Assembly: GCA_029560465.1 (NCBI GenBank) | Contig: JAKQKX010000016.1 | Span: 206,221-270,220 of the forward strand | Length of the DNA stretch: 64,000 bases | Origin: Candidatus Omnitrophota bacterium | Lineage (GTDB): Bacteria > Omnitrophota > Gorgyraeia > Zapsychrales > JANLHA01 | Direction: 5' to 3' | Shown here: piece by piece, positions 1-7,508 of the stretch | Position numbering within the stretch: position 1 is the first letter of the stretch | How the letters are laid out: each line of letters starts with the position of its first letter | Made by a program: the position numbers and the translations under genes | The notes under the pieces: generated by a model | Told to the model about the DNA's origin: nothing | The model's database searches: none | What the model saw: the letters and a program-made list of their open reading frames with translations, nothing else

Positions 1-1
1 C

Positions 2-2278
2 GGCCCGTGGCAGTATGGTCAATGCGGCTATCCCGGGTATTATGACGACACTTATCTTGTGGATTTCCGGGAGCCGACCAATCCTCTTTGCAGCCCGATT
101 TTTGGGGACGTGTTCGGCCCGAATAAAGATGAATGCTGCAATTATCCGGAGCCGAGCGTGCAGTGCGGCGGCACGTGGGATGGCGTGGATTATCCCGAAA
201 CCACGTGTATTTATGGCGCAAGTAAACCGGCCAATCCTAATTGCCCGGATTGTTTTGGCGGGGTCGAAGAAATGTGCGATTACTGCTGCGACTATGAGGT
301 CACCAGCGCCCATTGCGGGGACGGCGTGACTTATCCGGTGACAACGCTGTTTGAGACGTTGACACCTGCTAATCCCAGCTGTGATGTTCTTGTTGACCAG
401 GCGACGCCTGACGGCTGCTGCGGATACGGGGGATTCACCCGGATTTGCGGTTATGACGGCCGTCCCCTGACAACGTCTGTCCAGGTTATGACGCCGACGC
501 AGAATTTCGCGGAATGCCCCACGGTCGTGCAGAATGAAATCGCGAATGACCCGTTCTGCTGTGGTTACGGCGGCTTCCAGGCACCGCAATGCGGATATTC
601 CGGCTGGTATCCGGGTCATACGCTGCTGGAAGTGAACGAACCGAGCAATGCGTACCCGGGGTGTGACCCGCTGTTTCAGAATGTCGTCCCGAATGAATAT
701 ACCTGTTGCGCTTATGGATCGGCGACATCGGCCTGCGGGGACGGCGTGACGTACCCGACGAGTTCCTGGGTTACCACCCAGATATCGGCCACGGGGTGCG
801 ACCCGATCGTGACCGAACAGGCGAATCATCAGAGCTGCTGCGATTACCCGGCGTCCCCGACGACGGAATGCGGGGCTTTGAGCTATCCTATCACGTATCT
901 GGTTTCTTATTTTGAGTCGCCCACCAATCCTACCTGCGCGGTGCAGATTGTGGGGGTCCCGGCTTTTGATGAGGTATGCTGCCAGTATGGATCCCTGCAG
1001 CAAAGCTGCGGGGACGGGGTTATGTTCCCGGTCACGGATTACGTGAGCTGGCAGGAACCGGGGATTGTCCATGCGTCCTGCCCGATCAAAGTGATCAGCC
1101 AGATTCACAATGATAACACTTGCTGCGGATACCCGCCGACGTATACCCTGATGTGCGGATACGCGCCTTTAGGGTATCCGGAAACAACCCGGGTGGAAAT
1201 TAAAGAGCCGACTTTGACCGAATGTCCAGTCAGGTCCCGGAATCCGTATCCGTACCACGACACGTGCTGTGAGTATACGACGAACTATTATTGTGGATAC
1301 GGGGCCCCTTTAAACGTTCCGGCTACGCATTATGTTGCGGTGAAGGAACCCGGCGGGGGCAAAAGCTGCCCGGTCGTTAAGGTGAGCCAGACGAATTACG
1401 CGGAAATTTGCTGCGGGTACACGACCGGCACAACCGAGGATTTGGGCTGTGGGGCCTCCTATGACGGGCTGACCTGCAACTATGACCGAAGGTTGATCGT
1501 GACCACTCCGGTTAACACTAATTGTCCTGTGCAGAAGACGTGTACGTATGCCGCCTCGTGCACGACATGTTCAGCTGGAGAAACGCTGGCCTGTCCTCCG
1601 GTCAACGGCTGCCCGTATCAGCGCGTGTGCGTGGGCGGTGTCTGGAGCGCTTGCCAGCAGGCCAACCCGGTCTGCACGCCAGGAGAAGTCGTGAATTGCG
1701 AGCCGAACCCTGACGGGTTTATTTCCAGGAAAACGTGTAATATTTGCGGAACAGGCTGGGGGCCGTGCTGGTGCGACCCGCAGGAAACCCAGATATGCAC
1801 GACGTCATCTTCGTGCCCGGGGATCGGGACCTGTTCCGGCGGGGGATGGACGGCTTGTGAGCAGAGCAATCCGACCTGCGGGCCCGGCAGCACCCGGGAC
1901 TGTACTCTGGGCGATGGGAACCCGGGAGTGGAAGAGTGCGTCTCCTGCGGGAATGCCTATGAGGCGTGCCGGTGCCTTCCTGGGGTGGTGTATTGTTATA
2001 TTGATGGTGTCTTAGGGACGCAGAGCTGTAATACCTCAACCGGCCTTTACGGGACATGCGTTTGTATCAGCGGATCAACAAAGACCTGTACGGCCGCGAC
2101 CGGTTGCACTTCGGGGGTCGTGTATTGTAACAATGCGACCGGCGCTTTTGACGGGGCGTGCGAGCTTCCTTATAGTGACTGTACCCCTGGCGCAACCCGT
2201 TCCTGTTTGAAATATTTTATCATCCCCGGGACGGAGTCGTGTACGGACTGCGGGAATTGGAGCGGCATTTGTTTGTAA
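2..2278 (+). CDS. C-terminal part of a large cysteine-rich repeat protein (5'-truncated by window edge), probably secreted or surface-located
   Basis: The frame of ORF 59..2278 is open back to nt 2 (GPWQYGQCGYPGYY...). It contains ten CCxY-terminated repeats of about 45-50 aa, then seven CxPGxTxxC-like repeats; stop TAA at 2276-2278. Confidence 0.85.
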   Translation, partial: GPWQYGQCGYPGYYDDTYLVDFREPTNPLCSPIFGDVFGPNKDECCNYPEPSVQCGGTWDGVDYPETTCIYGASKPANPNCPDCFGGVEEMCDYCCDYEVTSAHCGDGVTYPVTTLFETLTPANPSCDVLVDQATPDGCCGYGGFTRICGYDGRPLTTSVQVMTPTQNFAECPTVVQNEIANDPFCCGYGGFQAPQCGYSGWYPGHTLLEVNEPSNAYPGCDPLFQNVVPNEYTCCAYGSATSACGDGVTYPTSSWVTTQISATGCDPIVTEQANHQSCCDYPASPTTECGALSYPITYLVSYFESPTNPTCAVQIVGVPAFDEVCCQYGSLQQSCGDGVMFPVTDYVSWQEPGIVHASCPIKVISQIHNDNTCCGYPPTYTLMCGYAPLGYPETTRVEIKEPTLTECPVRSRNPYPYHDTCCEYTTNYYCGYGAPLNVPATHYVAVKEPGGGKSCPVVKVSQTNYAEICCGYTTGTTEDLGCGASYDGLTCNYDRRLIVTTPVNTNCPVQKTCTYAASCTTCSAGETLACPPVNGCPYQRVCVGGVWSACQQANPVCTPGEVVNCEPNPDGFISRKTCNICGTGWGPCWCDPQETQICTTSSSCPGIGTCSGGGWTACEQSNPTCGPGSTRDCTLGDGNPGVEECVSCGNAYEACRCLPGVVYCYIDGVLGTQSCNTSTGLYGTCVCISGSTKTCTAATGCTSGVVYCNNATGAFDGACELPYSDCTPGATRSCLKYFIIPGTESCTDCGNWSGICL

Positions 2279-2293
2279 GTTGATGTGATCCTA

Positions 2294-2357
2294 TTCATGC
2301 GCCCCGCGGCGTTCTCATCGTGTTGTCAGGCATCATCGCGGGGCGCATGAACTTTTT
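2294..2357 (+). terminator. Intrinsic terminator-like hairpin after the Cys-rich gene
   Basis: Perfect 15-bp inverted repeat TTCATGCGCCCCGCG (2294-2308) / CGCGGGGCGCATGAA (2337-2351), followed by CTTTTT; the loop is long (28 nt). Confidence 0.7.
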
Positions 2358-2435
2358 GGGGCCCAAGTGTATCCCCATCTTCCTTCAATATTATTATCCG
2401 GCCAGCAGTTTAATTCGTGTTTCTTTTCTTCCCCC

Positions 2436-2464
2436 TTGACTTTGGTGTATTACTGTATTATGCT
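2436..2464 (+). promoter_or_regulatory. Sigma70-type promoter of the GntR-ABC operon
   Basis: TTGACT (2436-2441) - 17 nt - TATGCT (2459-2464), 40 nt upstream of ATG 2505. Confidence 0.65.
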
Positions 2465-2474
2465 TATAATACAC
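2445..2474. promoter_or_regulatory. YtrA-type GntR operator overlapping the -10 box
   Basis: Palindrome TGTATTA-N6-TAATACA (2454-2473) plus an extra TGTATTA half-site at 2446-2452; resembles the TGTA...TACA boxes of YtrA-subfamily repressors. Confidence 0.7.
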
Positions 2475-2504
2475 ATGGGTTCTGTGGATTTTGGAGAATA
2501 AATT

Positions 2505-2909
2505 ATGACAGAAGAGTCTAATTTTTATTTTCATATTGCGACAACATCCGGCGTCCCGATTTACCGGCAGATTATCGATCAGGTGAAAACACTAGCTGCT
2601 TTCGGCCGGGTCAGCCCCGGCGATTTCCTGCCTTCTGTGCGGCAGGTGGCCCAGGAACTTGAGATTAATCCGATGACGGTTTCTAAAGCGTATTCCTGGC
2701 TTGAGAAGGAGGGGGTCCTTGAATCTGTCCGGGGGCAGGGGATGCGGGTTAAAGAAGACAGGATTTCAAAAAAGGACATGAAAGAACGTAAAGACGCTCT
2801 GCTTCCTCTTTTAAAGCAGGTCGTTATCCAGGCCAGCCAACTATCTCTTGAGCCGGAGACGGTTATGGCTCTGCTCGAACGTTTATGGAAGGAGACTCCT
2901 CATGAATGA
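2505..2909 (+). CDS. GntR family transcriptional regulator, YtrA subfamily
   Basis: PIYRQI...LPSVRQVAQELEINPMTVSKAY...RGQG wHTH with a short C-terminal domain; sits directly before an ABC ATPase. Confidence 0.92.
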   Translation: MTEESNFYFHIATTSGVPIYRQIIDQVKTLAAFGRVSPGDFLPSVRQVAQELEINPMTVSKAYSWLEKEGVLESVRGQGMRVKEDRISKKDMKERKDALLPLLKQVVIQASQLSLEPETVMALLERLWKETPHE

Positions 2910-3780
2910 TCCCGTGATCCAGGCGCAGCGTGTCACCAAGCGGTATAAGGCCAAAACGATCCTCAATGATTTGTTTTTAGCGGTGCCCCGGGGCTCGGTG
3001 TTCGGGCTCTTGGGCAAGAACGGCGCCGGGAAGACAACACTCATCAAATGTGTGTTAGGGCTTGTGTATCCTCAGGACGGGCTGATATCGGTTTTGGGTG
3101 ATAACCCTAGGAATTTTCTGGAGAGGACCAAAGAACGGATCGGTTACGTCCCGCAGTCTGACCGGCCTTATCCCTGGCTGACTGTCCGGCAACTTGTCAC
3201 GTACACGGCATCTTTTTATCCGCTTTGGAATATGGCTTTGGTTGACAGGCTGTTGAAGGAATGGGAACTGGAGGAGGAGGACAAGGTCGGGCTTCTCTCC
3301 GAGGGGCAGGCACAGAAGCTTTCCATTATTCTCGCTCTGGGGCATGAGCCTGAATTGCTGATTTTTGATGAGCCGGTGGCGAGTTTGGACCCGGCGGCGC
3401 GGCGGAAGTTTTTGAAAACGATTTTAGACATTGTTGCGGACCGTGAATGCACGATATTCTTTTCCACGCATATTACGAGCGATTTGGAACGCGTGGCAGA
3501 CCGGGTTGCCCTGCTTAAAAACGGGACGATCGATTTCTGCGGAGAACTGGATGTCCTGAAAGATGAAGTAAAGCGTTTAAGGATTGTCTCTCCCGTCCCG
3601 TTGCCCCGGGATATTCCCGTAAACGGCGTCCTGCGCTGCGAGCTGTCTCAATATGAGGCGGTCCTGTCCGTGCGTGGGTTTCATGCCGGGATCAAATCTC
3701 AAATGGAGCAGCGCCTTAACGCCAGGATTGAAGTGGAAGACTTAAACCTGGAAGAAATATTCCTGGAGCTGCACGCATGA
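2902..3780 (+). CDS. ABC transporter ATP-binding protein (YtrB-like)
   Basis: Walker A GKNGAGKT, signature LSEGQ, Walker B LIFDEP, STH switch; ATG 2902 overlaps the GntR stop and follows AAGGAG. Confidence 0.92.
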   Translation: MNDPVIQAQRVTKRYKAKTILNDLFLAVPRGSVFGLLGKNGAGKTTLIKCVLGLVYPQDGLISVLGDNPRNFLERTKERIGYVPQSDRPYPWLTVRQLVTYTASFYPLWNMALVDRLLKEWELEEEDKVGLLSEGQAQKLSIILALGHEPELLIFDEPVASLDPAARRKFLKTILDIVADRECTIFFSTHITSDLERVADRVALLKNGTIDFCGELDVLKDEVKRLRIVSPVPLPRDIPVNGVLRCELSQYEAVLSVRGFHAGIKSQMEQRLNARIEVEDLNLEEIFLELHA

Positions 3781-5165
3781 AAACCCGTTATTGTCAGATC
3801 GTCCTTCTTTATTTCCGGTACCTGCCTTACCGGATCCTGGCGCTGAGTCTTCTTGGGACGGCCCTGCTTTCAAGATTTTCCTTAGAACACAGACTTGTGG
3901 CCATCGCGGATGATTTCTTCACGTTTTTTGTCGTTGTCAGCGTGTGGCTGGCTTTTACCGCCGGAGTGCTTTTAAAACGGCAGATGGCCCAGCACCGGGC
4001 TTCGCTCCTGCCGCGCTACCGGCTCCCGCACATTATAGTCCCTTTCGGATTTTTCGCGTTTTTTCTCATCGTTTTTTGTTACTGGCTGGTCAGCCTCTAC
4101 CCGATCATTATTGTGAACCCGGGTGCGATTTGGTCGGTGTTTGTTTTATGCGCCCTTGTGATCTCAGTGGTCATATGGGTGGGTTACCTGTCGATTAACA
4201 TGCTTGTTTACCTGTCTTATTTCTCCATGCTTTTGGTCTCCTGGCAGGCGTATAACCTTGTTGTTTTTTTGACGGAACATACGGCCTGGCAATTTATCGT
4301 GGGTTGCGGGAGCGCCGTGTTGATGTTGGCCTTGGCCAGGAGGGGGATGTTTCTTAAAGAAGAATCCTTTGAGTACGGGTATATTATGATGTGGCCCCAA
4401 AAAGAGTTTTTGCATAATCAAATCAAAGCGGGCGAACTGTACACCCGCAGTGTGCGCGCTTTCCGGAAACGTTTTGGGATGCCAGCTGTGGTCCTAACGC
4501 TTCCGGGATATCCTCGGCGTGCTGCGCTTTGGCGCCGGGCGTTCCACTGGCACCGGATTGATTTTGCTGAATTAAAGGGCATATGGATGGCCTTGCTGGT
4601 CATGACACCGGTGTACCTCGCCAGCATCAGCCGACTGCCTCTCTGGCATGGATTTTTAAAAGACCCGTACAATAATTTCTTGTTGTATACTGTCGCCCCG
4701 GTTTTGCTTGTGCTGTGTGCGAACCACCGTAATATGACGACGTGGGGTTATGACGTGCTGAAGCCTGTCCGCAAGGGAGATTTTGTGCAGGAGCAGGGGG
4801 TGGCCCTGGTCGCAGGGCTGGGCTTTTATTGGTTCCTGTTCGTTTTTTACCTGGTTTTAACCCCGCACCTGGTCCTTAAGCCGGCTGAGTTGGCCCTGCC
4901 GCGCTTTTGGGGGTATCTTCTGTTGACGGGAAGTTTCGCGTTGTTGACGTTGTCCTGGGTTATTTTTATGAGCTGTTATTCATCGCGGCCGTGGTTTGTC
5001 ATTATCCACGGGGGTATCCTGTGCATGCTCGCCCAGCTGTTATTCATGGTCAGCGTACGCTTTTCCGGGATGATCAGCCTGGCAGTCAGCGTGGCCTGTT
5101 GGGTGGGCATATATGTATTTTTAAAGAGCGGTTATCGGAAATGGTGTGAAGCCGAATTCAACTAG
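3777..5165 (+). CDS. Polytopic membrane protein, probable ABC permease
   Basis: About 12 hydrophobic segments; ATGA overlap with the ATPase. Confidence 0.75.
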   Translation: MKTRYCQIVLLYFRYLPYRILALSLLGTALLSRFSLEHRLVAIADDFFTFFVVVSVWLAFTAGVLLKRQMAQHRASLLPRYRLPHIIVPFGFFAFFLIVFCYWLVSLYPIIIVNPGAIWSVFVLCALVISVVIWVGYLSINMLVYLSYFSMLLVSWQAYNLVVFLTEHTAWQFIVGCGSAVLMLALARRGMFLKEESFEYGYIMMWPQKEFLHNQIKAGELYTRSVRAFRKRFGMPAVVLTLPGYPRRAALWRRAFHWHRIDFAELKGIWMALLVMTPVYLASISRLPLWHGFLKDPYNNFLLYTVAPVLLVLCANHRNMTTWGYDVLKPVRKGDFVQEQGVALVAGLGFYWFLFVFYLVLTPHLVLKPAELALPRFWGYLLLTGSFALLTLSWVIFMSCYSSRPWFVIIHGGILCMLAQLLFMVSVRFSGMISLAVSVACWVGIYVFLKSGYRKWCEAEFN

Positions 5166-5207
5166 GGCGGGCTTGAGGAAAAATTTAATGAGAAAGGAGG
5201 GGTTCCT

Positions 5208-5417
5208 ATGACACCGGAAGCCATTCGAAGTTTATGTAAAGCGGCTGCTTTGGTTTCGGCTGTGGCAGGCGCTTACGGCATGATGTTATGTGTGCCGTTC
5301 ATCGCCGGCACGCAGGTGGTTTTGATTGCCGCCGCCAGCTTGCCGTTTATCGCCGGAGCCGTCTTGGTAGCCGGAGGGTTGGTCAGTTACACGCTGCTCA
5401 TTCGCAAAGAAGCATAA
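5208..5417 (+). CDS. Small two-TM membrane protein (69 aa)
   Basis: Strong SD AAGGAGG upstream; two hydrophobic helices and a basic C-terminus. Confidence 0.7.
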   Translation: MTPEAIRSLCKAAALVSAVAGAYGMMLCVPFIAGTQVVLIAAASLPFIAGAVLVAGGLVSYTLLIRKEA

Positions 5418-5516
5418 TGTTTTTCAACAGGCGGCCGCCTGGTTTTTTGAAGCGGATGACCCGTGAATAAGAATGGTTTTGGCGGGGGCTAACGGGGAGC
5501 CAGAAGGAGGGGGGCG

Positions 5517-6314
5517 TTGCCGAAGGTCCAGGAATATTTTAAACTTGCGATGCATTTAGCCGGCTCCGCAGCGTTCGGGTGCGTCGCGGCGATCGCTTGG
5601 CATGAAGCCGGCCACATTATTTTTATCCTGGGTTGCGGGGGAGAGGTGACGGGAATCCACGTGCAGCCTTTTACCCGGTCGGCGGTGACATATAACATCC
5701 CGGCCACTGCGTCGTCCTGGATTGCGGCCTCGGGTATTTTAGCGGGGGTAACGGGCGGGGCGGTCCTGTTGGTGCCCTTGAGGGCAACCCGGAATCCTTA
5801 TGCGCTGCCGCTGGTGATGGCGGGGGTCGCGTCCTGGCTCGGGAACGGCTTATATCTCGTTTTAGGGAGCACCATTTTGAAGGGGTTCGGTGATCCGGGC
5901 CGGATGATCGCGCAGGGTTTCCCGGTCGGCGGGCTTTTTACGGCGGGGGTTTGTTGTGTGGCCTTGGGCGGCCTGGCGTTTATGCGGTTCCTTCCCCTGA
6001 CGGGTATTTCCCCGGACATGGCCATTTTGCCGCGGACGGGGATATTGCTCGGCGGTGTTTTCCCTTACCTGGCCGGGATCATTATTTATAATGGCATTCA
6101 TGATTTCCCTCGGCTCATGCGTTATTGCGTTTTTATGGCGTGGATACTGGGCCTGGCCTTATTGGGGAGCTGGATGGCGGGGCATCCGGCGGCGCGCTTG
6201 TTTAGAGGCGCGTATCCTGTTTTATCTGTCCGTTGGCCTCATGCCTGGACAGCGGCCGGCCTTGGGATTGGCGTTATTGCTGCGGCGCTTTATGCGGCGG
6301 GCGCCGCTGTTTAA
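5517..6314 (+). CDS. Membrane metallopeptidase, M50/M50B-like
   Basis: HEAGH within a hydrophobic segment, downstream GDP with a candidate third ligand, multiple TMs; SD AAGGAGG before a TTG start. Confidence 0.75.
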   Translation: MPKVQEYFKLAMHLAGSAAFGCVAAIAWHEAGHIIFILGCGGEVTGIHVQPFTRSAVTYNIPATASSWIAASGILAGVTGGAVLLVPLRATRNPYALPLVMAGVASWLGNGLYLVLGSTILKGFGDPGRMIAQGFPVGGLFTAGVCCVALGGLAFMRFLPLTGISPDMAILPRTGILLGGVFPYLAGIIIYNGIHDFPRLMRYCVFMAWILGLALLGSWMAGHPAARLFRGAYPVLSVRWPHAWTAAGLGIGVIAAALYAAGAAV

Positions 6315-6359
6315 GGCAGTGTTGGCAGGGATGCTCCCGGTTCAAGAAGGATACTTTTT

Positions 6360-7049
6360 ATGCACGCGTTTTTCTCTTTTATAGCGGCGGTGTTGCCCGC
6401 CTTACTTTTGGTGAGGTATTTTTACAAGGCCAACCCTGCGCCGAAAAGGTTTATTGTTAAGGTGTTTCTCCTCGGAGTTATCTATACACTGCCGGTTTAT
6501 ATCCTGGAAGTGATCCTGGCTCGGTATAATATGTTTCCCCGCTGGTCATTTGTCCTTTATTATTTCTTTGAAGCCTTTATCGTCGCAGGATTATGCGAGG
6601 AATATATCAAATTAAGGATTATTAAAAAATATGTTTACGGAACCGTTTTTTTTCAGGGGGAGCGGGACGGCATTATTTTTACTGTGGTGGCCAGCATGGG
6701 GTTTGCCTGCATGGAGAACATCCTTTATGTGGTCAATCATTCTTGGAATATGGCGCTGGCCCGGGGCTTCACGGCGGTGCCCATGCATGCCGTTTGCTCT
6801 GGGGTGATGGGCTATTCTTTGGGGAAGGCCAAGCGTTCTCAGATATTAAACCGCCTTGCGGAAGAAAAAAAATATATAAATCAAGGGTTGTGGGAGGCGA
6901 TTTTGATCCACGGGTGTTATGATTTTTTTCTTTTTTTATCGCCGATATTAGGGTCTGTTTTCGCGATGTTCACGATCCCGCTTGTTTTAGGATATTACCT
7001 GGAACTCAGGAATAAGATGAAAAGGATGGGGCCGGAGGCCCGAATATAA
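6360..7049 (+). CDS. PrsW-family intramembrane protease
   Basis: All four family motifs are present: EExxK (CEEYIK), FxxxEN (FACMEN), H (PMHAVCSG), HxxxD (IHGCYD). Confidence 0.9.
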   Translation: MHAFFSFIAAVLPALLLVRYFYKANPAPKRFIVKVFLLGVIYTLPVYILEVILARYNMFPRWSFVLYYFFEAFIVAGLCEEYIKLRIIKKYVYGTVFFQGERDGIIFTVVASMGFACMENILYVVNHSWNMALARGFTAVPMHAVCSGVMGYSLGKAKRSQILNRLAEEKKYINQGLWEAILIHGCYDFFLFLSPILGSVFAMFTIPLVLGYYLELRNKMKRMGPEARI

Positions 7050-7064
7050 ATAAAGGAAGGTTGT

Positions 7065-7508
7065 TTGACAAATTTTATCTACAACTTGTTCGCTTACCCA
7101 TCGGCCTGGCTGACCGCTGTGTTTCATGACGCCGCGATTGCCTCCGCTAACGGGGGGGAGCTCTGGATCCTGCTCGTTCCCCGCCCGATTCATGTGACGC
7201 CGGAGTGCTGCGGGTTCAATTTTTTCGTTTTGCTCGGTGGTTATACGCTGTTGTTTATTTTACGCCGTTACCCTAGGCCCTGCGCCGGGCCTGCAGTTCT
7301 GCTGGCGCTTCCCGTGGTCTATGTGACAACCATTTGCGCCAACGCCGTACGGATGACATGTGCGTATCATGTGGCCTGTTTAAGCCGGACGCTGTTCCCC
7401 GCGTGTTTTCAGCCGGTGATTCACATGGCGGTGGGGATCGCCGTTTTTTTAAGTGCCCTTATCTTGAGCCATTTATTGATCGAAAGGATCGGCCTCTATG
7501 GAAAATGA
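7065..7508 (+). CDS. Exosortase/archaeosortase family protein, exosortase K-like
   Basis: Catalytic-type residues C (ECCGFNF), R (ANAVR) and H (VIHMAVG); SD AAGGAAGG before TTG; overlaps the start of its likely substrate. Confidence 0.75.
   Translation: MTNFIYNLFAYPSAWLTAVFHDAAIASANGGELWILLVPRPIHVTPECCGFNFFVLLGGYTLLFILRRYPRPCAGPAVLLALPVVYVTTICANAVRMTCAYHVACLSRTLFPACFQPVIHMAVGIAVFLSALILSHLLIERIGLYGK

Noticed and set aside
6337-6348. CCGGTTCAAGAA shared with 22192-22203, and its tRNA T-loop-like GGTTCAA
   Set aside because: 12-mer matches are expected by chance in 64 kb; no cloverleaf can be folded at either site.
7047-7067. PrsW and exosortase ORFs share a frame separated by one TAA, suggesting a read-through fusion or nonsense mutation
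   Set aside because: PrsW is complete at normal length and the exosortase has its own SD (AAGGAAGG) and TTG start.
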